Assembly: GCF_001194135.2 (NCBI RefSeq)
Contig: NC_068983.1
Span: 103,824,754 to 103,888,753, forward strand
Length of the DNA stretch: 64,000 nucleotides
Direction of reading: 5' to 3'
From: Octopus bimaculoides
Taxonomy: Eukaryota
Shown here: positions 49,021-60,729 of the stretch, piece by piece
Position numbering within the stretch: position 1 is the stretch's first letter
Layout of the letters: each line of letters starts with the position of its first letter
The notes under the pieces: model-generated
Seen by the model: only the letters and a program-made list of their open reading frames with translations
The model's database searches: none
What the model was told of the DNA's origin: nothing
Position numbers and translations under genes: made by a program

Positions 49021-50074
49021 ATTTATCGTATTTATTTGTATATAAGGCAGTCCTGACTCCATTTACTGACATTGCTACCATGTTAGCTGTATCATAAGTA
49101 TTCCTACTATTACAATTTGGCTGTAATTAATGTTTTTCATTGCGGTTTACATCTCCTTCATTAGTATTTAGATCCGTATGTTCGCTAGATCCAGTAGGTG
49201 GGTAATTGAACCTTTGTTGCATTTTGCTATTGTTTATGCGATGCATAAGCTGCTCTAAATTAGCAGAGTTAGTATAGGTTACCTTCACTGTGAGTCGATT
49301 AAAAATAGCATGATACCAATTAGACTGAGAGAGAGAGAGAGAGCTCTGAGAGTTTCCATCTACCAAATTACACTCACATGGTTTATCTAGGCGAGAAGAC
49401 TCCACCTTGATCATGAATGACCATGGGGTTGCACCTAGAAAGTTACCCTCCAAGACACAAGTCCAAGCAAGATTGTTTATGGAAAACCAACAATCGCCCA
49501 TGCATACTAGCCTCCCCTCTCCATGCCACTAATGTTATCCAAAGGTTGATGCAGCTTGGCACCAGTGACATCACAACTCATTTCTACAGCTGAGTGAAGT
49601 GGAGCAACATGAAATAAAGTGTCTTGCCCAAGAGCACAACACACAGCCTAGTCCAGGAACTGAACTCACTACCTTGTGATTGTGAGCCCGATGCTCTAAC
49701 CACTGAACCATGCATTTTCACTATGGTTTACCTAAGGTTTTAGTAATAGATACTAGCCTAAAGTATCACAGAGTGGAATTGAACTCAGAACCACCTGGTT
49801 GCAAAGCAAACTTTTGAACCACCCATCCATTTTCATATCTATTACTAATGTATTACTGAAGAAGGATGAAACGGAGTCATGCATTTTTTGTAAGTTCTTG
49901 GCAAATGAAATGGCAAGTTGGTTTCTATTCCCAGTAGAAACCACTTGACTTCTCTCTTACATAGCTGATTGATGTATGAGAAAAACTGCACAAGTATCAT
50001 CTCCTCATTACACTTCTTATGTAATTAGGTGGGGAAAAAACCTTTACATTTATTATTAATTCTCTTATCTACAT

Positions 50075-50110
<36 letters not shown>

Positions 50111-50398
50111 CACCACTACTACCGCCACCACTGCCGCTACTACTACTTCTACTGCTACTACTACTTCTACTGCTACTACTACTACTACTGATTGTATGCA
50201 CATCTAATCTTTTAGCAGATATGTGTGTATGTGTGTAAATATATTTATATGTATATCTATCTATATTTACACACACACATACACACACAAACACACGCAC
50301 ATATGTGTGTTCATAGATGTATGTATGTGTCTCCGTGAATGCACATACATATATATGTGTGCATTCGCAGACGCACACACACGCACACATATATATAG

Positions 50399-51640
50399 AT
50401 TAGGTCGTTAAGTATAAAATTTGTAGAAAAGAAAAAAGTTTGCTAATGTTTTATAAATACAAGGAATAGTTTTATTCATCGAAGTATGCACCCATATTGT
50501 CAATACACTTTTGCCATTTCAGTGGTAGCTTGTCCAGCCCAGAACTGTAAAAGCCTGGCAATCTGGAGCAAAAAAATCTTGGAAGACCTATTTTACAGCA
50601 TCATCAGAATTAATTTTTTTTCCTATCAAAAAGTTATCCAAATTCTGGAAGAAGTGGTAGTCAGTGGGGGAAAGATCAGGTGAGTATGGTGGATGATGGA
50701 GAACTTCCAACTCCAACTCCTGTAGTTTTGCCAATGTTATTTTTATGATGTGTGGTCTGGCGTTGTCTTGCAATAAAATAGGAGTGGATCTGTTGACTAA
50801 TCTAGGCTGTTTTTTTGTAAGTTTCTACATCGTTTGGTCCAGTTGGCTGTGATTGATGAGCCAGGTTTAATGAAATCATAATGGATCACACCTGTGTCAG
50901 TCCACCAAACACTCACCATCAGCTTCTTTTGATGAATTTTGCTTTTTGAACTGTGTTTTGGTGGCTCATCTTTGTCCAACCATTGTACTGAACATTTACG
51001 GTTGTTGTATTGCATCCATTTCTCATCACATGTTACAATTCAATTAAAAAAATGATTCATTTTTGTGACAAGAAAGTAGCATAATGCAGGCTTCCAAACG
51101 TTGCCATTTCTGATTATCATTGAGTTCATGTGGAACCCACTTATCCAAATTTTTCACTTTACTGATTTGAACTAGGTGAATCAATATTGTTTGCTTGCTA
51201 ACACCAAACAACAACAATAATTCACTGGCACTTTGAGATGGTTCTAATTTGACGGTGGCTTTCAGTTTGTCATTATCCCCCTCTGTTTCTGGTCGACTGT
51301 GTTGCTCATTTGTGAGGTCAAAGTTACTAGAATGAAATTTTGCAAACCAATTTACTGACTGTTGTGTAATAATATTAGAATGAAATATTCCATTAATTTT
51401 CCGAGCTGTCTGTGATGCTGTATTTCCAAGAAAGAACTCATATTTCAAAAATGTATGAATTTTCAACTTATCCATTTCTAAACAAAAACAGCAAAAAACG
51501 ATTTGTAAATACTTTATAAAGCACAAAATGAGTTAGAAAAAAGAAATTGATGTGTCAGCTTTCTTACATAAAATAAAGATTGTCAAAATGTAATAATGGC
51601 TAATTTGAGTATCTTTCAACTATTATTTTTATTAATGACA
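50399..51640 (-). mobile_element. Frameshifted mariner element retaining D,D34D
   Basis: Three ORF pieces: MDKLKIHTFLKYEFFLGNTASQTARKIN..WVPHEL; (VTCDEKW)MQYNNRK..HQKKLMVSVWW; QDNARPH..HPPYSPDLSPTDYHFF, with 34 residues between the second and third D. The terminal motif ggtcgttaag is shared with 26301. The far end is approximate. Confidence 0.92.
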
Positions 51641-51826
51641 CTTCGTGTACCTTGAATTATAATTAATAATTAATTATAAATTTATAAATTTGCCTTTTTG
51701 GCTTTAATGCTTGCTGACCACTTATATTATTATTCTTATTATTCATCAATAATAATAATAATGATAATAATAATCATAATATCTTTATTTATTTACACAC
51801 ACAAACATACACACATGTATATATAG

Positions 51827-51875
<49 letters not shown>

Positions 51876-52008
51876 AATATATATGCATATACATATATGT
51901 ATATATGTATATATATGTGTGTATGTGTGTATTATATACCTATCTATGTATATATATGTATGTATATTTGTACATATATATGCTTTTTAGTTGGCAAATA
52001 TATTATAC

Positions 52009-52051
<43 letters not shown>

Positions 52052-53122
52052 CATATATATATATGTATGTATANNNNNNNNNNNNNNNNNNNNNNNNNNN
52101 NNNNNNNNNNNNNNNNNNNNNNNNNNNNNNNNNNNNNNNNNNNNNNNNNNNNNNNNNNNNNNNNNNNNNNNNNNNNNNNNNNNNNNNNNNNNNNNNNNNN
52201 NNNNNNNNNNNNNNNNNNNNNNNNNNNNNNNNNNNNNNNNNNNNNNNNNNNNNNNNNNNNNNNNNNNNNNNNNNNNNNNNNNNNNNNNNNNNNNNNNNNN
52301 NNNNNNNNNNNNNNNNNNNNNNNNNNNNNNNNNNNNNNNNNNNNNNNNNNNNNNNNNNNNNNNNNNNNNNNNNNNNNNNNNNNNNNNNNNNNNNNNNNNN
52401 NNNNNNNNNNNNNNNNNNNNNNNNNNNNNNNNNNNNNNNNNNNNNNNNNNNNNNNNNNNNNNNNNNNNNNNNNAAGGAAGCCATAATTTTACATGCTCTT
52501 TATTGTTTTTACTTGTAACAGTCATTTGGATTGTGGTCATACTGGGGCGCTGCAGTCCACTGAAGAGTTTTTTGGTCAGACAAATCAACTCCAGTATTTA
52601 TTATTTTAATTTAATCTGGTACTTATTCTATCAGCCTCTTTTGCCAAATTGCTAAGTTGTGTGGATGTAAACAAACAAACACCAGTTGTCAAACAGTAGT
52701 AAGGGACAAACAGAGTCATAAGGATACACACATAAACACAACTACTACTCCCTCCAACACACATACCAACACACACACATGTATCATCATCATCCTCAAC
52801 ATCATTTAATGTCTGTTTTCCATGCTGGCATGGGTTGGACGGTTTGACCAGAGCTGATATGGCCAGGGGCCACACCAGGCTCCATTGTCTGTTCTGGCAT
52901 GATTTCTATGGCTGGGTGCCCATTTTAATACCAACCACTCCACAGAGTGTACTGGGTGCTTTTTAGGTGGCACCAGCACTTGTATCAATTCTGATGTGGA
53001 GGACAGGTTTTCTTATATATATATACATATATATATTCCCTTCCGGTCATTTCAATATGTGATTGCATGTGTATTATTGGTGATTTTCTTTCTCCGTCTT
53101 CCATTCTTTGGACTTTTTCTAT

Positions 53123-53157
53123 ATTTCTGATGAAGTGCTCCACTCAAAATGTGAAAT
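53123..53157 (+). ncRNA. Decayed hammerhead-like motif
   Basis: ATTT-CTGATGA-A-GTGC(TCC)ACTC-AAAA-TGT-G-AAAT. The core CUGAUGA and stem I are intact; GAAA and stem II are damaged. Confidence 0.5.
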
Positions 53158-53358
53158 CCTCTTTTTTTTTTCTTCCTTTCCTGAAAGTCCAATAACAGAG
53201 TACTTGTACCACGTCCTTGCATTGTTGTTTTTTCTTGCTTGTTCTTCTTTGGATTGACAATATATATATGAGAATTTACGAAAAAAAGCAACAGACGAAG
53301 ACAGGTGGTGTAAACAACAAATGGATGTATTAGTATAACGCTCAGGAATAGAGAAAGT

Positions 53359-53394
53359 CTTTAACGTTTCGAGCCTACGCTCTTCAACTGAAAG
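53359..53394 (-). ncRNA. Minimal hammerhead-like motif
   Basis: Minus strand: CUUU-CAGUUGA-A-GAGC(GUAG)GCUC-GAAA-CGU-U-AAAG. Stem I, stem II, GAAA and a palindromic ACGU stem III are intact; the core has two changes. Confidence 0.6.
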
Positions 53395-53861
53395 GAACAC
53401 AGAAAGAAACAAGGAGAGAAAAAAATATAAATGTAGTGGTCAGCAATTTATCACATGAGGAGTTTCCACATGTGTTTCCATCCACCAAATTCATTCATAA
53501 AGTAATCAGTTAGCTAGAGCTAAAGTACAAGTCAATAATAGCCCAAGGTGCTGCATTGTGTAATTGAACCCAAAATTATATGGTTGCAAAGCAAGCATCT
53601 TAACCACACAGCCATGCTTGCACATCTTGATAACTGAAAAATAAATGAACTTATGGTTCTGTATATAGTTAACACAGTTAAGAGTAAGAATGGCAACAAT
53701 ATGGCTGACAAAAGATACCTCAGGGAAGCATCCTGCTTACTAAATATAAATACAGTTGAGATCTTTTATACACACAGACTCACAAACACACACACACACA
53801 CACACACACTCACATATACACTCACACACACACACACACACATATATATATGTATATACAT

Positions 53862-53904
<43 letters not shown>

Positions 53905-54133
53905 CACACACATATATGTGTGTGTGTGTATATGTATGTATATTTGTAATATAGTGAGTTGAAAAACTTTAATCACTGTTAGATGTATAAAAAAATTCTT
54001 TTTAATGTGTTATTCCAATGCATAGTCTGGGTTTTCGTTACTATTAAACTACATTAATGTTTTATTTGTATATTCACTGATTATCATCAGGTGCCTTGTG
54101 ACTTATCATGATACACACACACAAGTGCACATG

Positions 54134-54164
<31 letters not shown>

Positions 54165-54332
54165 TCAAACACACTACACTCAAACACACATGCACACACA
54201 CAAACACACACACACACACATCAGATATACATATATAGACATTTGCCCTTAGTATAAAGGTGTAATTGTATTCTAATGACTAGGATGGCATGAAGGTGGC
54301 AAAAATAAATAATAATAATAATAATAATAATA

Positions 54333-54364
<32 letters not shown>

Positions 54365-54389
54365 AACAACAACAACAATAATAATAATA

Positions 54390-55320
54390 ATGATTTCATT
54401 TATTTGTCACAAGGGCGAAGAATGAGGGGGACAATACTAAGACAGACATGAAGTGTGGGGGTTTCCATATAATGAAATGATAAAAAAAAAAAGAGAAAGA
54501 AAGAAAGAAAGTATACACTGTATACACTGAAAAAGAAGGGAGATATGCATAGCATAAAAAGGCTTTAAAAAAATAGTAGTGGGGAGGATGATAGAGATGT
54601 GGCCATCCTGATACAGGAAAGCCTCTAGGGATAATCAAGGACACACTCTGAGATTTCCCTGAAACCCCAGGAACAAGTCCTCTCTCCAATTCTTTCTCTC
54701 TGACTCACAGGTCAACACTTCGAGAGGTACCATCCACTCTTGCCATTTTCGCAACTTTCACCCACCTTACAATAAACTCACTCGAGGACAGCACTTCCTT
54801 CTCCACTCTCAGTTCCCTTTTCAAGTGAAACTTGAAGAAGTCAATGAGAGCTCTAGCAAAGAGGAATGTATCTGTCCCCATGCCTTTCAACTTTGTCCAC
54901 CAAACAACCTTTGTCCACCAAGCAAAGGAAAACTGTCTTGCCTGCCTGAATGAAGGAGGGCTGCAGTGCAATCATCACTACAGACTTGGCACACATGACA
55001 GCAGCTATTCGACATAACCCCACACGTCAATAATGCCCAGAACACTGGACAAGGGCATGCAGAATGGTTTCATCACTCTACATGCACCTTGGACAAGCCT
55101 ATCTGATAGTACATCCATGCCTGTAGAGTTTATCTCAAACCAGTAGCACCGGTTTCGAAATTATCCATGATAGATGCCAACTGAAATTTCGAAATTATCC
55201 ATGATAGATCCCAATCAGAAAGTCCTCCAGAACAGACTAGCCAGTTCATTCTTGTTGGCACCCAGAGTCTCCCTGAGAACATCATTGCACTTCCTTGTCA
55301 ATAATCCTCTATAAATTTCT
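54390..55320 (-). mobile_element. 5'-truncated L1/Tx1-like LINE 3' end
   Basis: Minus strand: ACPRCM*SDETILHALVQC (CCHC, ~55045-55100), DVWGYVE*LLS, VVWWTKLKG..FFKFHLKRELRVEKEVL..RWVKVAKM. The 3' UTR has AATAAA running into (ATT)n. A 23-bp direct repeat lies at 55153/55187. Confidence 0.7.
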
Positions 55321-56458
55321 AAAGCAGAACATCCACCAATTCCATTGCCCAACTGATAGAGGGCTATGAGCATAGCATTTTTTAATAAATAAAATTATCT
55401 GTAATTATATATCTGTTTTTTTTATAAACATAAATCTGTCCTCAAATATCTTACACACCCTGTATGTGTGTGTGTGTGTTTCTGTGTCTGTGTCTGTCTG
55501 TCTGTCTGTCTGTGTTTGTATCCCACCACTGACCACAGTATGACAGCCAGTGTTGGTGTGCTTACATCCCCATAACTTAGCAGTTTAGCAAAAGAGACCT
55601 ATAGAATAAGTTTCAGGGTTAAAAAAATTAAGTACTGAGATCAATTCATTCAACTAAAATTTTATGGTGGTGCCCCAGCATGACCACAGTCTAATGACTG
55701 AAACAGATAAAAAAATAAAAGAGAATAATACTACACTACATTCAATACACTGACTCACTCGCACATGCACGAATATTTTAATTATTAGGAGAATAAGGAA
55801 CAGCATAAAGGTCTTAAGCTCATTGTATTGTGTCTATTAAAGCAACACTTAAGTATGCATACACTGGATACTAAGGACTTGAATCAAGTCATTGAAGGTA
55901 AACTGGGGACGATGTAATCGACTTAGTCCCTTTGTCTGTCCTTGTTTGTTCCCTCTGTGTTTAGCCCCTTGTAGGCAATAAAGAATTAAATATTGTCAGT
56001 ATGTCAGAAACATTTGCAATATATATGCCATATGAACACCTACACGTTCAGTGTAGAGAAATAACGTAGGTGAGATATTTTAAAGGAAATATATAATATG
56101 TAGTACATGAGTTAAATATGACTAACAGAGAATCAACACATACAGAACAATAAGAACTATGTAAGCAATCAAACCAATGAGGGAGTCTTCATTTGGTTGC
56201 TTAACCCTCTGAAAGTCGTTGCTAAATTTCCCTCAAACCACACCTATCATAGACTTAAATAAGGAAGGACACAATTAAATAAGGTCCATCATAACAAGTG
56301 TACATAAATGGGGTTAAAATAGGGTTAAACAACAACCATATGGATACAGCATGCATGGATACGTACTCATATATTTCTGATATTCTGAGTGAATTATTAA
56401 AGTAGGTGTTCATATGGCATATATATTGCAGATGTTTCTGACATACTGACAATATTTA

Positions 56459-56687
56459 ATTCTTTATTGCCTACAAGGGGCTAAACACAGAGGGAACAAA
56501 CAAGGACAGACAAAGGGACTAAGTCGATTACATCGTCCCCAGTGCGTAACTGGTACTTATTTAATCGACCCCGAAAGGATGAAAGGCAAAGTCGACCTCG
56601 GCAGAATTTGAACTCAGAACGTAGCAGCAGACGAAATACCGCTAAGCATTTCACCCAGCGGGCTAACATTTCTGCCAACTCGCCGCC
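56459..56687 (-). mobile_element. Young full-length SINE family A
   Basis: 12-bp TSD actgacaatatt at ~56446 and ~56688; CpG-rich body. Confidence 0.92.
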
Positions 56688-56744
56688 ACTGACAATATTA
56701 AGTATTTGTAACAAAAAATATATATTGTTAGAACATATATCATC

Positions 56745-56945
56745 ATCATCATCATCGTTGTTTAACGTCCGCTTTCCATGCTAGCATGGGTTGCACGATT
56801 TGACTGAGGACTGGTGAAACCAGATGGCTACACCAGGCTCCAATCTGATTTGGCAGAGTTTCTGCAGCTGGATGCCCCTCCTAACGCCAACCACTCTGAG
56901 AGTGTAGTGGGTGCTTTTACTTGCCACCAGCACGAGGGCTAGTCT
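56745..56945 (-). mobile_element. Young RTE-type 3' tail
   Basis: Reverse complement of the 15821-16003 tail. Similar tails at 26125-26270(-), 30560-30775(+), 32255-32530(-), 52790-52980(-) and 61620-61800(+). Confidence 0.88.
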
Positions 56946-57049
56946 TTGTGAATATAAGGCTGGGGTCATTTACTACATGAACTGTAAATAAATTCAAAGA
57001 AAATAGAAGGAAAGAATTTTAGAGGCAAAATTATCAGAAGTGGAAGAAA

Positions 57050-58310
57050 ATATTTAGGAGTTGTAGTGAGGTGAATTTGTTAGAAGAGAGGGAGAAAGAG
57101 AAGGAGGTGGGAGATAAAGTTTCTGGTCAATAGGGGAACATAATAGTTCTTGGTAAATCAGTGGTTTATCACCTAACAGTAAAACTATACATACACATAT
57201 TCGTGTATATGTGTATACTTTCTCTGTGCACCTTTGGTATCCTATAGGCATGCAAATGAGTGTACATGCCTGCATATTCTCATGTGTAGAGAGGAAGACG
57301 TAAGGAGATCACAAGGGTAAGAAAAATATAAAGTTAGTTAAAAAAGTTGTTTGTTAGAATACATACAAGCTTGAAGTGGGGGAAAAGGAATGTTGTAGGA
57401 GGTGGTGCTATTATTTGTACTTTGAGAATGTGTTATGTAATCTGTGTTTACAATTAAAAATTAGATGGTTCCATTCATTCAGACATATAGTGGATTGCAT
57501 AATAGAAAAGACTTCCACAATGCATAGATTGCATTTGTTGTTACAACTGTTATACAGTTTGGCATGGGTAACTATGGACCATTTTAAATTATATAGAATT
57601 GAGTTTTGTTTTAGGCTATGAATTAGTGAGATAAAGAAGTGCTGTTAGTTCTTGCTTGGGGTTGGAAGTTAGACTAGTGATTACCTACTCTGATCTTGAA
57701 GGTAGTGCTGCACAAACTGATGTATACATAACTGGAATTCTCAGTTGATACAGCACATTTGTATACAATATTTTTTGTGAGGCATCTATTATCTAAAGGA
57801 CAGGAGGTGGGGCGTCTACAGCTGCATAGGATTCTAGAAGGTGCTAGAGTGGAATTTACAGGGTTATAATCATCTAGGGTTAACCTGGTGTTTTTCAGGG
57901 TGGTTAGAGGGTTGTCTAGGGGATGTAGCTTATAATAGTTCTCATGTCTAATGATATTATTCCTATTATTGCCTATTTCAGTGGTGGGGCTAGTGGGGTC
58001 ATAAGGTCAGTCAAGGGTATTGGGAGGAGTAATAGAACTAGGGTTAGTGGTGTGAGGGTCGGTATTGGTAAGGAGGTTTAAGAATGTCCTAGTGTTATGG
58101 GTGGGGAGCTGGAGGTTATGGTGAGTTGTGTTACTGAGATTAAAATTAACTAATTGCTGGTTCCCAAGTTTGTTATTGTTCAAGTGTCTTATTATACCAG
58201 CAATGTTAGTTGTGGTTGAGTAGGGAAACTTAATCAATAGGGGTTGAAGATTTGAAAGATATATAGCCTGGATTTTATATGCCCTATTCCCTTAATTTGG
58301 ATATGCATAC
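57050..58310 (-). mobile_element. Penelope-like element remnant (GIY-YIG endonuclease)
   Basis: Minus strand: SCPLDNRCLTKNIVYKCAVSTENSSYVYISLCSTTFKIRVGNH*SNF..NSTSLSH (57625-57805), then after a frameshift SLKQNSILYNLKWSIVTHAKLYNSCNNKCNLCIVEVFSI..LNEWNHLIFNCKH. Missed by the ORF track. Confidence 0.85.
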
Positions 58311-58354
58311 ATATACGTCCCACCCATGCTAGCATGGAAGGCAGACATCAAACA

Positions 58355-58419
<65 letters not shown>

Positions 58420-59036
58420 ATGTATACACACACACACACATATATATATGTATATACACACAGTATCCTTGTAGCATACACATACCAACCACATGGTTCC
58501 GGGTTCATTCCCACTGCGTGGCATCTTGGCCAAGTGTCTTCTACTATAGCCTCGGGCTGACCAAAGCCTTGTGAGTGAATTTGGTAGATGGAAACTGAAA
58601 GAAGCCTGTCGTATATATGAATGTATGTGTATGTGTATGTTTGTGTGTCTGTGTTTGTCCCAACATCGCTTGACAACCGATGCTGGTGTGTTTATGTCCC
58701 CGTAACTTAGCGGTTCAGCAAAAGAGACCGATAGAATAAGTACTAGGCTTCCAAAGAATAAGTCCTGGGGTCGATTTGCTCGACTAAAGGTGGTGTTCCA
58801 GCATGGCCACAGTCAAATGACTGAAACAAGTAAAAGAGTAAAAGAGTATATATGGTGTGTGGTGTGTGAGACAGGGATATATAGAATGTTTCTGCTACTC
58901 GGATATAAAATATACCCATAACACATGGATATATGTGTTTGTAACACAGATATATGTAGTAAATTTGTAACATGCAAAAATGTAGCATGCTTAGAACACA
59001 CACACACACAAACACACACATGCGTGCACATGCACA

Positions 59037-59068
<32 letters not shown>

Positions 59069-59651
59069 TGCAGTCATGCTCACAACATAGATATGTAGGT
59101 ATTTTACAACACAAATTTATAGTGTAAGTGTGAGATGCAGATCAACAGGCACTGTTAGTTTTATAAACATCAAACTAATGTTGTTGGTCAGGAAAATATC
59201 TACAGCAAGGCAGCATTTGTGTGGTATACAGCTGTACAATCTTCAGATAATCTTTACTAAAGTGACATCAGCAATACCAAATTCTAAGATAGTTATTTTC
59301 ATGTGTTAGTAATTCATCATATTCTAGCTTATTGTTTATTAGTTTTTGCCGAAAACTAGTTGCTGAACAAGAAGAAACCACATTCCTTTAAGTGAATCAT
59401 TGTTGTTGTTGTTGATAATAACTGTAGGGAATATTTTTTTTTGAGTATGTATCTAAAAGAAAAGGTTGTATTATTCTCAAGGAGATTTTCTTCAGGTATG
59501 TTCAAGCTGTTTAGAAAGAAGTTTAATCCCATTTTACTATACAAGTTGTGGATGGATGCTTTAAATCCATAAATTGCATGACAAACAATTCCCTCTTTCT
59601 AAATCTTACTATTATAAGTAAATTATTATTACAATTAAACTTTGGGAGAGG

Positions 59652-59708
<57 letters not shown>

Positions 59709-59954
59709 CTTTCTTCAAATTTTCTTCCATTTCTCGCCGAGTGTTTTCCGTACACCTAGGGCAGAGAAACTCGTTGTATGCATTCCCAGTTTACACACAC
59801 AAATTCACAGGTAAAATATGTATTTAACACAAAAAAAAAAAATTCATGAATGGATGTTGCTTTCACAGCGATAATGTTCTTCTCAGTACATGAGTCATTC
59901 CAGTTAACACGACTTTTTGCACTTTTATTATTATTATTGTCTCCTTCATTGAAC

Positions 59955-60360
59955 TCGAAACTTGGCTTGCGAAGACCTGTTGGGGCAAGTGAAGCGAAAT
60001 CGTGATGGCACCTGTGCCCAGCATCGCCTTCCTGGCACTTGTGCCGGTGGCACGTGTAAAGACATTTTAGCGAGATCATTGCTAGTGCCGCTGGACTGGC
60101 TCCTGTGCAGGTGGCACGTAAAATACACCATTTTGAGCGAGACCGTTGCTAGTGCCGCTGGACTAGCCCTCGTGCTGGTGGCACGTAAAAGCACCCTCTA
60201 CACTCTCGGAGTGGTTGGCGTTAGGAAGGGTATCCAGCTGTAGAAACTCTGTCAAATCAGATTGGAGTCTGATGTAGCCATCTGGTTCACCAGTCCTCAA
60301 TCAAATCGTCCAACCCATGCTAGCATGGAAAGCGAACGTTAAACGATGATGATGATGATT
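59955..60360 (+). mobile_element. RTE-type 3' UTR with internal 66-bp tandem units and (GAT)n tail
   Basis: Units catttt(g)agcgaga..ttgctagtgccgctggact.g..gtggcacgtaaaa start at 60063 and 60129. Similar units occur at 5965-6110. Confidence 0.85.
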
Positions 60361-60364
60361 ATTA

Positions 60365-60424
<60 letters not shown>

Positions 60425-60427
<3 letters not shown>

Positions 60428-60640
60428 CAGGGAGCTGGCAGAATCGTTAGCGAATGAAATGCTTAGTGGTATTTTGTCCATCTTCACGTTCTGAGTTCAA
60501 ATTCCTCTGAGGTTGACTTTGCCTTTCATCCTTTTGGGATTGATGAAATAAGTGCCAGTTGAATACTGGGGTCGATGTAATTGGCTATCCCTCACCCCCA
60601 AATTTCAGGCCTTGTACTTATAGTAGAAAGGATTATTATT
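60425..60640 (+). mobile_element. SINE family A with (ATT)n tail
   Basis: ggcagggagctggcagaatcgttagc...gagttcaaattcc...tatagtagaaaggattattatt. Confidence 0.88.
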
Positions 60641-60650
60641 ATCATCATCA

Positions 60651-60729
<79 letters not shown>

